Shown: positions 25,001 through 39,006, counted from the stretch's first letter. The stretch is 64,000 bases of DNA from Macrostomum lignano (GCA_002269645.1 NIVC01001310.1:186001-250000); one strand, 5' to 3'. A program made the numbers and translations. The notes: generated from the sequence alone by a model not told the origin.

Positions 25001-28000
25001 GTATTATATACTTACTTATCCTCCTTTAGACTTGGAATCCCGAAAATCTCTTTTCGAGCCTTGGGAATCTCATTAATCCTTTCTTAAGCTCTGACGAAAC
25101 AAAATATTTTGTTGAAAATTTTTGATTAAAAAATATGCATAATCTATCATATAGAAATCAAATTCAAATTTGAGCTCCCACTGCGAGTAAACATCTACTG
25201 TTGATGAATCCCACTTGGGATGTTTGAGTTCGAGCTTGCAAGAGCGAATTTGGACTTCAAGTGCAAATGACTGTGCTGCTGTTTCACTTGACGCGGGAAT
25301 GTCTGTGGTCACTGAGCAGCATTGCATAGACTGCACAGACAGGCAAAACTGTAACAGGCACAGGCAACAGTGCTTTTGTACGACCGAGACTAATTTGCTA
25401 ATTACCTGCCCAGTGTCTTTGTTTATTCGATGGCATGGAAAATTTCCTGCTCAGCCCCCTAATTCTGCTTAGTACTTTTACATAAATGCAGCGATTAGTT
25501 TCTCCGGGTACTGCAGCACTGCTTACTAATGGCATCAAATTAGTAATTTTGAGCCTAAATGTAATGGTAGTTCATTTTTCATCAAGTCAAAAGGCGGTTT
25601 TATAATTTAATGAATGAAAGAAGTTCTATTTTTATACATTTGTTTTGGTGCTACGCAGCTTCTCCATGTATAAATCATTGAATGACAATCTTTTAAGTTG
25701 ACTGATTCGTCTGTGTTAGATGTATTTATCATTGAATCGAAAATGATTGAAAATCCGAGAACAACTGTCTGTCATGGTCGGATATTTTTATCAGAGCCTA
25801 ACAGAGTTAGCTAAATCAACCTAAACGTAATACTTAAGAGACAAAAGGTAAAAAATGGCCCAGTCTATGGCCCAAAATTTTGATAAGTCCATATACTAAA
25901 AATGGTCTGTCGGTAGGTAGTTATGTGTGTGATCGATTAGAGAAAAAACTGCTCAACCGATTTTCTTTAAACTTGCACTGTAACGCTTTTTAGTTCAAAC
26001 ATAACTTCGGAAAACCGAAATAATGCTTAAACTGAAGTTTTCAATTACAAATGTAGGATTCTACGGATGAAATCTATGAGTCTATGGATTCTGGCTGGCC
26101 GCAAGGGTGTTCAACCTTTATTTTCCAATTCTTCATTAAGCTACACTCGACTTTTGCGCTAACAATGACAACTTTAAAAACCCAAGTTGGTAAAAATTTG
26201 GATGAATGGATGTTAATGTCAATGCTCTAAGATCTCAAGAATGAGGAGTCAAATTATACGGAGGAGAGGAGTGAAGACTTAGGAGAAATAGGAGTTAAGG
26301 AGTCAGGACTGCAAATGATAACGAGAAGTAAACTACTAGAGGTACCTCAGGACGAGTAACTCCCTTCTGTCGTCACTCTTGGAAAAAAATCATCACAGAA
26401 AGCCTGAGATGAAGCGTTCTCTCTTAGGGAAAGTTCGGGGTCGGGTCTGGTTTCGGTCCGGTCGGGTTTCGGGTTCGGGGTCAGTGTTTCAGTGAAAAAA
26501 TGGAAACCCAAACACCGCTAATTTCAACAGTTTACATTTAGCTACTTAAACGGTCATTCGAATTACGCATGCAGCATTTAATTTCGGAAATCGGATATTC
26601 TATTTCACACCATATAGTGAGGGCGTTCATTCTGTCTATGGGGAAAAACTTGCTTCTGCATGCAGATTTCTCACTCAGTTTCGGCATGCAGCATTCGATT
26701 TAAACATCAAGGTACGAGGGCAGAGGTAGAGGCGGCTTCTTGAGTTGCGCCAGATGGACATAATCCTGCTCGTTTCCGTATCGTCCTCAGGGTTCAACCT
26801 TACGAGCTATCATCTGCCTCACCGATCTTTTCAGTTCTTCATCTCACTGCTTCTTCGAACACCTCGTCGCTCATTCTTCTTATTCGTTATATCTTTTCAA
26901 AAAAATGATTTCAGTGTATGCTCCCATACATGAAGCTACTGTCTTCTGGAAGCGAACTTCAAGGAGAGCAGCATTCGGTTTACAGAGGGATGTAATAGAA
27001 AGCCATACATGGCAGTTTGAAGTATTTGTTGTTAGCTTAAGAGGGGCTATTGAAGATTGATGCAGTACAGTGTACGCTAAAAATGTGCGTCAACAATTTT
27101 GTGCTGAAATTAAATGCTGCATGCCGAAATTGAATAGGAAATATGCATGCAGAAGCAAGTTTTGTCTATAGCCAGAATGAACGCCCTGACTATGGTATGA
27201 CATAGAATATCCGATTGCCGAAATTGAATGGGTCGTTGCCGGCGCCGAATTCGAATGACAGTTGAAGTAGCTAAATATAGAATGATGATGAAATTGAATG
27301 TCAGCTTGCCAAAATGGAATGCGAGTTTGATTTAAATTGAACGGAAAAGGTGTAGCAGTATAGCAGATATTCTGTTAGTGGTCCTTGAATGAAACATAAT
27401 AAAAGAACTGTAAATTGAAACGAAAGCACGAAAAGCTCCAATTATGTACCAGTAACGCAGGCTGTTAATTTTCGCCAGGCTCAGCAACCTAAAGTCACAA
27501 AATTGGCTGGCATGCAGACTGAAAGATGGCGTAGTGAGTGACAGTTCATCTCACTGCCATCCGCCACACTTCGCAGTCCTCCACTGTCGCCTCTTCGGCG
27601 ATCCTCTGCTTGACTAGAATCGCTCACCTCTGTCCAAGGCTTCAATGACCAGGTTGTGCATCTTTCATCACTGATATTTGTCCATGTTCTTGGTTGTTGG
27701 TCGCTATCTTCATCTTCCCAGCTCATTTTTGCTGATTTGTACGAGGTTAGAGAGCGATGGTAAGCCTTAAGCAGGCTTGAGAAGACTAAGCTACACATTT
27801 CCCGTTCAATTTAAACAAATTTGCAATACAATTTAGACAACTCGAAATTCATTTTCAAAAATGATCTATTTTTATACTTTCAGTTGGACTTTCAAATTAG
27901 ACAAAGCAAACCTCGATTTACGACATCAGATAGACATCAGATATTCGTTTTAGACAGCGGATATTCAATTTAAACAGTTACTCATTCAGAGCAACTTGTC

Positions 28001-31000
28001 TATCGTCAAAATTTAAGTCCTAGGGAAAAGCTGACATTCAATTTTGACAACCATAATTCAATGTACACACACTCATATTAAGCCCTTCAGACCTTTGCTT
28101 CTTGTCACTTTTCCTCTGGCCTCGAGAGAGAATTGGAGACTAATTTATACATTCCGTAAGATGGGCCAGCCTCACCTAAAATCTGTTGTTTTTGCTTTCA
28201 ACAACAGCATGCATAAACACAACAGAACAAAAAAGAAAGTACGTAACAACATGCAAAAACTTGAACAGTCTATAGGCAGTTCCATAGCTTCGGCAGTTCA
28301 TTCATCGACTCATTCAGTCGCCGTAGATTGGCACACGTGCCAGGCATCTTGGCACATAAGATTACCATTCGTGGCATTTTCCCTGTTTCACAACGCCCAC
28401 GGTGATGTCTGCCATGCGCGCGAGTTCGTCTCGCCGATACTGCACCAGTGTTCGGGCAGCGCGGGCCTCCGCGGTTGGGTTGATGAAGGCGTCGTGATCT
28501 TCACCAAGTTCTCGCTTAATTGCCGCCTTCCATGCCGAGATAGCACTTTCAACTGGCGTCAGGAAAGGACTGTAGCGAGAGAGCCGCCGGAATTCATAAA
28601 TGCCAACAACCTCATTCAGCTTAGCGTCGTTATGGCTGCTCACGTTGTCAAAAACCAGATAGACCACTTGCCCTGGCCAAGCTGCCTGCACGTTTCCAGT
28701 CGTGATTTTCAAAAACTCTGCAAACCGATCCTTGGTCATGCCGCTGGTATAGACTTGATAGTGGACAACGCCAAGTTGAGGAGACATAGCCAGACAAACG
28801 GTGATGCGTGGGCCCTTCTGTCCCGCGACTCGTCAATACGCTCTTCGACCTTGAATAGCCTGTCCCTGCTGCCGCCGCATCCAACTGTCAAAACCAAACT
28901 CATCATTGTATACCTTTGGCGCATTGACAACTTCAGGGGAGCACCACCAGTGGCAAAAGGCCTCTCTCTCCGCCAGAACGGCCGGTGAGTTTCTCTCGGC
29001 CGGAGCATCACGAACTCGTTTCACGGAATACAAGAGACCTTCAAGATGCCGACTTGATGTTGACAAACCAACAACTGGCTTGTTAAGAAACCGTGCTTGC
29101 AAACGAGCATTGATGTCCTCCAATGTCAGAAGACATGGTTGTCTTCCAGCAACTCACAGCAGTACTGTCCCATATCACCGTCAAACTTCATAATTCATAT
29201 ATATCCTACCGCCTCTCGTCCTCTTCTCACGCCGCCCTGTTCGAATGATTGAGCATGCCGTCGTCCTTTTTATATTCATCAGTGCCGCCAAATGCAGAAA
29301 GTCCTCGCCGTTGTTATGAGCATCTAGCAGGCGCGCTCGATCCTGATTTGTGATTCGCACGTACGGGCCGCGGCCGTCAACGTCGCTTCCGGCCTCTTCT
29401 TCGTTGCTTCCACTGACTTCTTAATCGCTTCCGTTCACCTCTTCCTCTATGTTCGTGTGTTAGATCTGTAGACAAATGTTCTTCACGAAAGAAGCAATTC
29501 GAAACAGTATCCTTCTCTTGTTCTCTTTTGCCAAACGACCGCCGTTTTATCTGTGCTAAATGCTAAGACATCGGTTTCCCCAATAGACAATTAACTGAGT
29601 ACATGTAAGCGAAGAGGTCAGAGGCAAAAGTGATAGGAAGCAAAGGTCTGAAGGGCTTAATATGAGTGTGTGTAAAATTAGCTTTTCCCTAGGGCTTAAA
29701 TTTTGACGATAGACAAGTTGCTCTGAATGAGGAACTGCTTAAATTGAATATCCGCTGTCTAAAGCGAATATCTGATGTCTAAATCGAAGTTTGCTTTGTC
29801 TAATTTGAAAGTCCAACTGAAAGTATAAAAATATATTTTCGAAAATGAATTTAGAGTTGTCTAAGTATAAGATATTCTATGGGTTTGAGGTCGGTATGTG
29901 ATTAAATCGCATACATCAGAGCCGAAGGCTCTCGGGATTTAATAACATACCGAACTCAAACCCATAGAATATTGACATTTAACGCCCGATTATTCTGTCC
30001 CACTTTGTCAAGGACACAAATGTCTATGGCACAATAATAGTAATACCCATGCTTTAACGGTAAGCCGGCGGATGTCCCGAATACGGGACAAGCAGCCACT
30101 TCTGCTGCAGCCGAAAACTTAAAACTAAGTTCTATGGTAAAAACTGCAGCTGCGCTGCACTGCCGTTGCCGACGGCTATGTCCCAAAAACGGGACACACT
30201 GCTTTATTTTAATTTAAAATAAGTGAAAGTGCTAACAGAACAGAACCAGGATTAGAACATATAATTTTGGATGGACACCAAAGCAACAGAAACCTCCTTG
30301 TTAGGGTACTCCATAAATATTTGCTTAAATTTTATTCAAGGGTGCGGACAAAAAGGGGAGCGGGTTAGGAATGGAGAGAGCAAAGTCAACCTGGGGTGTG
30401 AATGAAAAAAAAACATGAAGACGAGAAGGTCTGTAAAAGTCAGTGCGGTTGGCTGTGCCAGTTTCTGAAGCACTGGCCTATGCAAAGTGCTGGTACTCCC
30501 GGACAATCAGGGCATATGTACACTGTCTTCGTCGCGATTCGGTTCTCGCTGCACACGCGGCATCGATTGCGCGGCAGAACATGGGCAGCGTTCAATGGAG
30601 CTTTGGTCGGCAAATGCTGTACTGCAGGGCCGTCACCTGCCGGTCCGACTGCTGCAGGACGGCCTGCCCTGACAGCGAAATGGCGCCTGCCCCTGCCAGT
30701 CTCCTCCACCAAGATGCTGACCGCTTTGCGCAGAAACGCCACGAAAGTCTTGGTACCTCCGTGCTGGCGGTAGACGATCCACGAGTTCCGAACTAGAAGC
30801 AGCAGCAGGTAAAACGCAAGTTTCTGAAACCAGCGCAGCGTCTTCCGGCTGGCCAGGTAGGGGTTCGCTGCCGAATCCATACGGTTCACGCCGCCCATAC
30901 TCTTCGAGTAGGTGACCACTGTCACTGGCTTCGCGATCACCTGCTGCTCGCCTCCCCGACGGACTCGTGGCACGTTCACACAGGCAGCCTGCCCAGCAGT

Positions 31001-34000
31001 GTCCAAGAGATACACGGTCTTTGTTCCGCTGCTCTTCCTGTCCACGAACTTTCAAGCGAGAACCTCACCGTTCCTCGCGAAAGCCGCCGCAGTCGGTCGC
31101 AGTTGCAGTTGCTGCAGCAACTACGGGACGCCTCGATTGTTGCGCACGGTGCCGGTCAGCCGAGTTCCATTCGCTAGCAGCCAAACGGCCAGCCGATGCG
31201 ACGTGAACCAGCTGTCCGTGAACACGTTATAATTCATGTGCAGGAGTTCACGGCACAGCTCGGCCACAATTCGCTCACTAAGAGAGAGGCCGCCGCACTC
31301 GAGTCCCAGTCCAAACTGTGCATTCGCGTGCTCCGTGGAGTGGACTGCGAAATTCCACAAGTAGCCAGTCTCCGACTCGCACAGGCAGTACAGCTTGACA
31401 CCGTATCTGCTCCTCTTAGTCGGGATGTACTGCTTGAACAGCAGATGCCCCTTGTACAAGACGAGCGTTTCGTCCACGGAAATGTGCTGACGCGGCATGT
31501 AGTTGTTGCTGCACACCTGCTGCAGCTGGTGTAGAAATGGCTGGATTTTGGCCAAGGGCCCTTCCTGAACATCCGTGCAGTCGTAGAAACGAAGGCAGGA
31601 AAGCAGCTGCTTGAACCTATCTCTCGAGAGGGCATTGGGCATGGACAGAAAGGAGCAATGGAAAACAGGGTCCTGGCTCCAGTAGCTGCTGATCTCCGGC
31701 TTTTTGTCCAGGCCCATCAACAGAACAATCCCGAACAGCTTCCTCACCTCATCATCTGTACAATCTTTCCAATTCTTTACCAGCTTCGGCAACTGCTCTT
31801 CGTCAGCGCACTCCTCGAATATCTTCCACGCCCTACGATTCGTCCAGGTTTTCACGCTTGCAATAATTCTATCTGTGAGGTACAGACGCAGAAACTCCCC
31901 TTCGTTTCCATCAGCTGAAGCTGGAGGCCTCCAATCTGGGCGAACCCCTGGTGTTCCCAGAAACTCGGCTTCATTCGGCACAGCATCCATTCCAGCCTGA
32001 ACAAACTGCCACTCTGGTACATCACCAACTTCCTCTGTCTGCATGCCTTCTTCTTCTTCTTCTTCTGCTTCTTCGCCTTCTTCCTCCATCAACTCGTCCT
32101 CGATTCCATCTAGCGACTCCAGCGAGTCGTCATCAGTGAAAATGTCTGCGTATTCGTTTTCAGATTCCATGGCAAGAACAACGCGAGGAAGCGCAACAGC
32201 CAGTGAGACAGTAAATATAAAGTTAGAGTGAAAGTGCAGGAAAAATATGAGAGGCTATTTAATTGTAATTGGAAAGGGCCCTAAACGAATATATTTAAAA
32301 GATTTAAACGAAAAATAGGGGGGAGTAAAGATAATAAAATGAGGGGGTGGAGCTCGTGACTAAAAAAGAGGCGAGGTTGAAGAGCCAATCAGAAGGCAGC
32401 GAGGGAAACAGATAAAAATAACAAGACTGAACTGGACCAAGAGGGAAAAAACAGTAAACAGAGACAAGTGCAGATGAACTTAAGAAATGACTAAGACAGT
32501 CGCGACAGAGAGAAACCGGCGGGAAAGGGGGTGCTGCAGCAGCAACTTTAGCGACTGTCCAATAGTCTATGTCCCGATTTCGGGACAGCCGTCGGCAACA
32601 GGGGTGATGCTAAACACCACCCGTCGCGTAGAGGTTTTAAGGGGATTTTCCTATCAACGCCCTTAAAGCATGGGTATTAATACACTATACCTTTTTACGT
32701 TCTATTTGATAAAAACTGCAACCAATTTGGCCACGGCTCAGCCTGACCATAGACATAGAATTTTCCATAGACAGCCACCGCTAGCGGCAACCAATTTGGT
32801 AAAAGCTGCGAGCTTTTTTGCCAGCTTGAAGATAGCAGCTGCTCTGATGGCGAATCGTGGGCCGTACCAAAAGATAAATCAGCTGGATCGAGAGCGAATC
32901 GTGAGAGCGTACAGGAGTGGTGAGTCTGACCACTATCAGTCGTGCTCTCTCATCATCAACCCGGCGGAGTACGCAGGCTCAGCGCTGAAGGCCAAGCTGA
33001 AAACGCAATTGCAATCACCTGCCATTCAGCGCGAGGTGGCAGATACTGGACTGGCTGCTGCAGCAGGTGCGACACTGCATCAGCACAGGATGCGCATTCT
33101 GAAGAGAGAAGTGCAGCAAGCACTGAACTGCATCACGCCTCTCAAGTGCCTGCGCTGGATCAACCATTCCCAGACGTACTTCAATCGGTGCTTGAATGCT
33201 GAGGACATAATGTTCTGACTTCGTGCATGTATTGTTAACATTCTTTATCGTTATTGTTATGAGCTATTGAGCTGCTATCTTCAAGCCGGCAAAACAGCTC
33301 GCAGCTTCCACCAAACTGGTTGCCGCTAGCGGTGGCTGTCTATGGAAAATTGCTGCGGCTGCGTCAGGCTGAGCCGTGGCCAAATTGGTTGCAGTTTTTA
33401 TCAAATAGAACGTAAAAAGGAATATTTCAGATTTGTTTAAATAGAACGAGAAAAGGTGTAGAGCTCCAATGATAAGTCTTTGCTCATCAAACTTTTGGGC
33501 CATAGACTGGGGGCAGCAGTTGTCTTGAGTGTAGCGTTCTGCCACTGGATAAATAATCAGCGGTCCCAGTGCGTGACAACGATTATCTGGCGAGCGCCGG
33601 TAGGCGCGAGCCATAGACAAATCGTTGTCACGTGCTGCGACCGCTGATTCTTTGCATTGTTTTTCTGTTTGACGATCCTACAGACAATGCATTGTTTGTA
33701 TAGCATTTTGCAGTCAAGTTTGAACTGCGGGCATTCAAATTAGACGCTTGACCAGATCTCACTGCTGGCACAAATGCTATCTATGGCCTAGACAAAATCA
33801 CACTGGTGGGCACTCAATTTAGACAAGGGGCATTCAAATTAGACAAGTTCTCAGGCGCATTGGCTGGGCAATTCAAGATCGTGTTGCGTCTGTTGTCAGA
33901 CAACCATTCTGTGAACCCTGAACTATGAAGATAAGAACAAGTTATAACAAAGTAAGCATGTGTGAACAAACAAAACAGGGTGCTCAGAACAAACTTGTTC

Positions 34001-37000
34001 CAGATGTTGTACACTGATGATCTCTTGACATCCAACATGTTGGCAATTTCAGCCACAGAGTCACCACGTTGGCATGCCCCAATAATGAGGTCACGCTTCT
34101 CTCTGGAAATTCTTGCATAGCGACGAATCGGATTGTCCATGGTCTTTCTCTCTGGCACACATAGACTTTCCGCTGCTTGTCTAATTTGAATGCCCGTTGT
34201 CTAAATTGAGTGCCCGTCAGTGTGTTTCAGTTTGTGCCACAGACATAAAGTTCTGCTTGACTTGGGGACGGATTCTGAAATTTGGCTCTTCCCTTCTTGT
34301 CTAATTTGAATGCCCGCAGTTCAAACTTGACTGCAAAATGCTATAGTAATGGATTGTTCTGCATTAAAAATGTGAATAATGATCGTCAAATTGCTAAACA
34401 ATGGATTAAGTCAAGTGCTCCTAAGCTCAAACTGGCTGCAAAAAGCGATAGCAATATTGTCTTTCTATTTTAGCTCGGTACTCTCTGATTGTAAAGATTG
34501 ACTTCCAACTGACTCTTATGACCAAGTTCTACCATATGTTCATAGTTGATTGACTTTTGGCTTGGAGGTGTTGCATAACTTTGACAATTTACAAGTCAGT
34601 GAATTAATTCACCGCAGAGTGTACTCGTACTTCTATATTGCGTCAATGCCTAGGGTATTAGAATTTCAAAACAATTCAAATTGGCTGAATTTCAAGTCAA
34701 CATTAAAATTTTGTAATAGCTTCTGCCTTGCTGGATTCCGTTACCAACATCCTTAATTGCCAAGTGATCTTGAGTCTACAGCTGGGTACTTATCTGGCTA
34801 ATCAATTTGTAAATTGTACGCAACAGAAGTCACTTTTCCTGCATAGGCAACATCAAAGAGTTTCGATTATAACTTGCCGCCGGTCATCTTGTTGAACACT
34901 GTCAGCGAAATCGGCAAGTTAAGTCAAATCGGGCGTGGTTAATATGCAGCTGATAGCTTCCATCGCAACGCATGTTACCTCATAATAGATGCTGATTTGC
35001 ATTGACAACTGAAAAAACTGAAAAATGCAAAGGTCGTTCGTGAGGGAAAGTCTTTAAGCTGTATTTAATCGAATTGCTTAGTGACCCGTATCACAGAGCG
35101 ATTTACATTCGCATTTTGTTCAGTCCAGTCATCTGTATAATTCCTATCCCCAGACTAATACTGTTTTTCAAGACAGCAAAAGAAAATCTTTCAACCCTTG
35201 CAAATACTGGCAAATCAGATTGCTGATATGTGCTAGCCTTTCTCAGCATTTAGGCGCAGCCTTATTAATTAATGAAAAATCTTAAGCTGTAATTAACTTC
35301 TTTGACATAAGTCAGATTTTCTAGAGCAACGAGTCACCCTTGAAACTCCTCGCCATGTCGCAACTGCCGCCCATACCGCTTCTTTGTCTTCACCTTCTTT
35401 TTACTCGGTCGCACTTTTCCCAATTCCAGGGCAGCGACTTCAAAAAGCTAATTAATGCACACCTGCAAGGTTATAAGAGATAAGTTTTACAGCATAGTTG
35501 CTCCAAAATTCTGATACACCTCATCTGTGCTTAAAATGATAATTAAATAACTTGCAGACTTCTTTCAGTTTCGTATCTTTCGGGGCTTCTTTCAATTTGA
35601 TTTAAAGTTATGAATATCTTTTTCGTACCTTAAATTTGTCTGAAACATACCAACGAAGTGACACAAACTGTCAACCGAACCCACAAACAGACACCCAAAC
35701 CCACAAACTGAGAGCAAAACTCAGAATCTGACACCCAAACCCATAAACTATAAACAGAACTACGAATAATATGAACAAAGTAAAGCACTCTGTAATACTT
35801 TAGGTCATTTCTGAACCTGCCAATCAGTTCCCTCACACGACGTACACCTTCGCATCGCCCCAATGTTTCTTCCAACAGGTGTAACTACGGCCAAGCATTC
35901 GATCTGATGCGCCGCCATCGAATCAACCTTAATCTCTTAGTGGATCACAATCCGCTGTCGTTCATGACTTCAGTTGCAAATTTCATTGATTCTATTGGCA
36001 AAGAGGACTACATTAATGTGTTTCTGGCTGAACTTGAGTGAGTTCAAAATGTCAATTCGGATCAATATGCGTACTCCTGGTGTTGAATTAAACAAATAGA
36101 GCACAACTTGAGTTGTGTTGACCCCCATTGTGGCCCCCCTCGATTCTTTGGTGGAGTCTCTTGAGGTGATCCCCTTGTGACCTCCTTGATTCTTTTGTGG
36201 AGTCTCTTGAGTTGACCCCCCTTGTGACTCCCTCTTGATTCTTTGCAGGAGTCTCTTGAGTTGATCCCCTTGTGACCCCTTTGATTCTTTAATGGGGTCT
36301 CTTGAGTTGACCCCCTTGTGACCCCCTCGATTCTTTTGTGGAGTCTCTTGAGTTGACCCCCCTTGTGACTCCCTCTTGATTCTTTGCAGGAGTCTCTTGA
36401 GTTGATCCCCTTGTGACCCCTTTGATTCTTTAATGGGGTCTCTTGAGTTGACCCCCTTGTGACCTCCTTGATTCTTTTGTGGAGTCTCTTGAGTTGACCC
36501 CCCTTGTGACTCCCTCTTGATTCTTTGGTGGAGTCTCTTGAGTTGACCCCCCCCCCTTGTAACCCCCTGATTCTCTCGTGGAGTCTCTTGAGTTGACCCC
36601 CCTTGTGACCCCCTGATTCTTTAGTGGAGTCTCTTGAGCTGACCCCCCCCCCTTTGTGACCCCCTAATTCTCTGGTGGAGTCTCTTGAGGTGACCCCTTG
36701 TGACCTCCTTGATTCTTTTGTGGAGTCTCTTGAGTTGACCCCCCTTGTGACTCCCTCTTGATTCTTTTCAGGAGTCTCTTGAGTTGATCCCCTTGTGACC
36801 CCCTGATTCTTTAGTGGAGTCTCTTAAGTTGACCCCCCTTGTGACCCCCTGATTCTTTAGTGGAGTCTCTTGAGCTGACCCCCCCCTTTGTGACCCTCCT
36901 AATTCTCTGGTGGAGTCTCTTGAGGTGACCCCCTTGTGACCTCCTTGATTCTTTTGTGGAGTCTCTTGAGTTGACCCCCCTTGTGACTCCCTCTTGATTC

Positions 37001-38971
37001 TTTGCAGGAGTCTCTTGAGTTGATCCCCTTGTGACCCCTTTGATTCTTTAATGGGGTCTCTTGAGTTGACCCCCTTGTGACCCCCTCGATTCTTTAGTGG
37101 GGTCTCTTGAGTTGACCCCCCAATTGCGACCCCCTCTTGATTCTTTTGTGGACTCGCTTGAGTTGACCCCCTTCTGACCCATTGATTCTTTTGTGGAGTC
37201 ACTTGAGATACCCCCCCTTGTGACTCCCTCGATTCTTTGGTGGAGTGTTGAGTTGACCCTCTTGTGACCCCTTTCGATTCTTTTGTAGAGTCTCTTGAGC
37301 TGACCCCCCCTTTGTGACCCCCCTAATTCTCTGGTGGAGTCTCTTGAGGTGACCCCCTTGTGACCTCCTTGATTCTTTTGTGGAGTCTCTTGAGTTGACC
37401 CCCCTTGTGACTCCCTCTTGATTCTTTGCAGGAGTCTCTTGAGTTGATCCCCTTGTGACCCCTTTGATTCTTTAATGGGGTCTCTTGAGTTGACCCCCTT
37501 GTGACCCCCTCGATTCTTTAGTGGGGTCTCTTGAGTTGACCCCCCAATTGCGACCCCCTCTTGATTCTTTTGTGGACTCGCTTGAGTTGACCCCCTTCTG
37601 ACCCATTGATTCTTTTGTGGAGTCACTTGAGATACCCCCCCTTGTGACTCCCTCGATTCTTTGGTGGAGTGTTGAGTTGACCCTCTTGTGACCCCTTTCG
37701 ATTCTTTTGTAGAGTCTCTTGAGCTGACCCCCCCTTTGTGACCCCCCTAATTCTCTGGTGGAGTCTCTTGAGGTGACCCCCTTGTGACCTCCTTGATTCT
37801 TTTGTGGAGTCTCTTGAGTTGACCCCCCTTGTGACTCCCTCTTGATTCTTTGCAGGAGTCTCTTGAGTTGATCCCCTTGTGACCCCTTTGATTCTTTAAT
37901 GGGGTCTCTTGAGTTGACCCCCTTGTGACCTCCTTGATTCTTTTGTGGAGTCTCTTGAGTTGACCCCCCTTGTGACCCCCTGATTCTCTGGTGGAGTCTC
38001 TTGAGTTGACCCCCCTTGTGACCCCCTCGATTCTATTTGTGGAGTCTCTTGAATTGACCTCCCTTGATTCTTTGGAGCTCCTGATTTGACCTTCTTAGGA
38101 CTTCCTTGAAAGCAAACCTAATTTGTATGTTCACCATATGCGAAACCCCCCAGTAACGTTGACGTCACAACTGGGATGTACAGCCGGGCGTACGCCTGCC
38201 GACAGCACGGCAGCAGCATCGATTGGTCTTCGCTCCTCAAGAGCTCTGTCGCGTCCACTTCGTCCTCGTTTCAACTATCCGATGTGATTAGAGACGAAGA
38301 CTCGAACAAAGACTCGAACGCCAATATCAATAAGCTCGTGGCAGTTGGTTCCGCTCTGCTAGCCAGCTTGGAGTCCAGGCCGCCCAGCCAGTGGCTGACC
38401 TGCCGCCTGTCCGCCTGGGTCAAGCTGGGTCGCATGGACCGGGCATTGCAGTTGTTAGCCGGCGGACCAGCGGACCTACTTGACGCTGGATTTCGGCACC
38501 TGCTGTACCTGGCCGATGTGCACGGCCTCTACAACTGCGCCCTGGGCACCTACGATCTGGAGCTGGCCCTGCTGGTGGCTCAGCGAACTCGCCGAGATCC
38601 CAAGGACTACGTGAGCCTGCTGCAGCAGCTGGACGGCATGGGCGAACTGGAACGGCGCGGTGTCATCGACCTGCAGCTGGCTCGGTACCCCCTGGCTGTG
38701 GCTAACTTCACCGCCTGCGGCTTGGAGCACCGATTTGAGACCGCTCTGCGGCTGGCTAAGGAGCGCCGGCTGTTTGCTACGGCCTGCCTGCGGCTGCACA
38801 GGGACAGGCAGCCGGACTGGTATCAGGTAGGGCTGCTGCTGTCCTGTGTCTGTCTGTCTGCGTGTCTTCTGTCTGTCTGTCTGTCTGTCTGTGTGTCTGT
38901 CTTTCTGTCTGTCTGTCTGTGTGTCTTTCTGTCTGTCTGTCTTTCTGTATGTCTGTCTGTGTGTCTGTCTT

Positions 38972-39006
<35 letters not shown>

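Noticed and set aside
31052-31123. Stop-codon readthrough or recoding in the piggyBac ORF
   Set aside because: Two different stops plus a catalytic D-to-N change are more simply explained by pseudogenisation; host genes here use standard stops.
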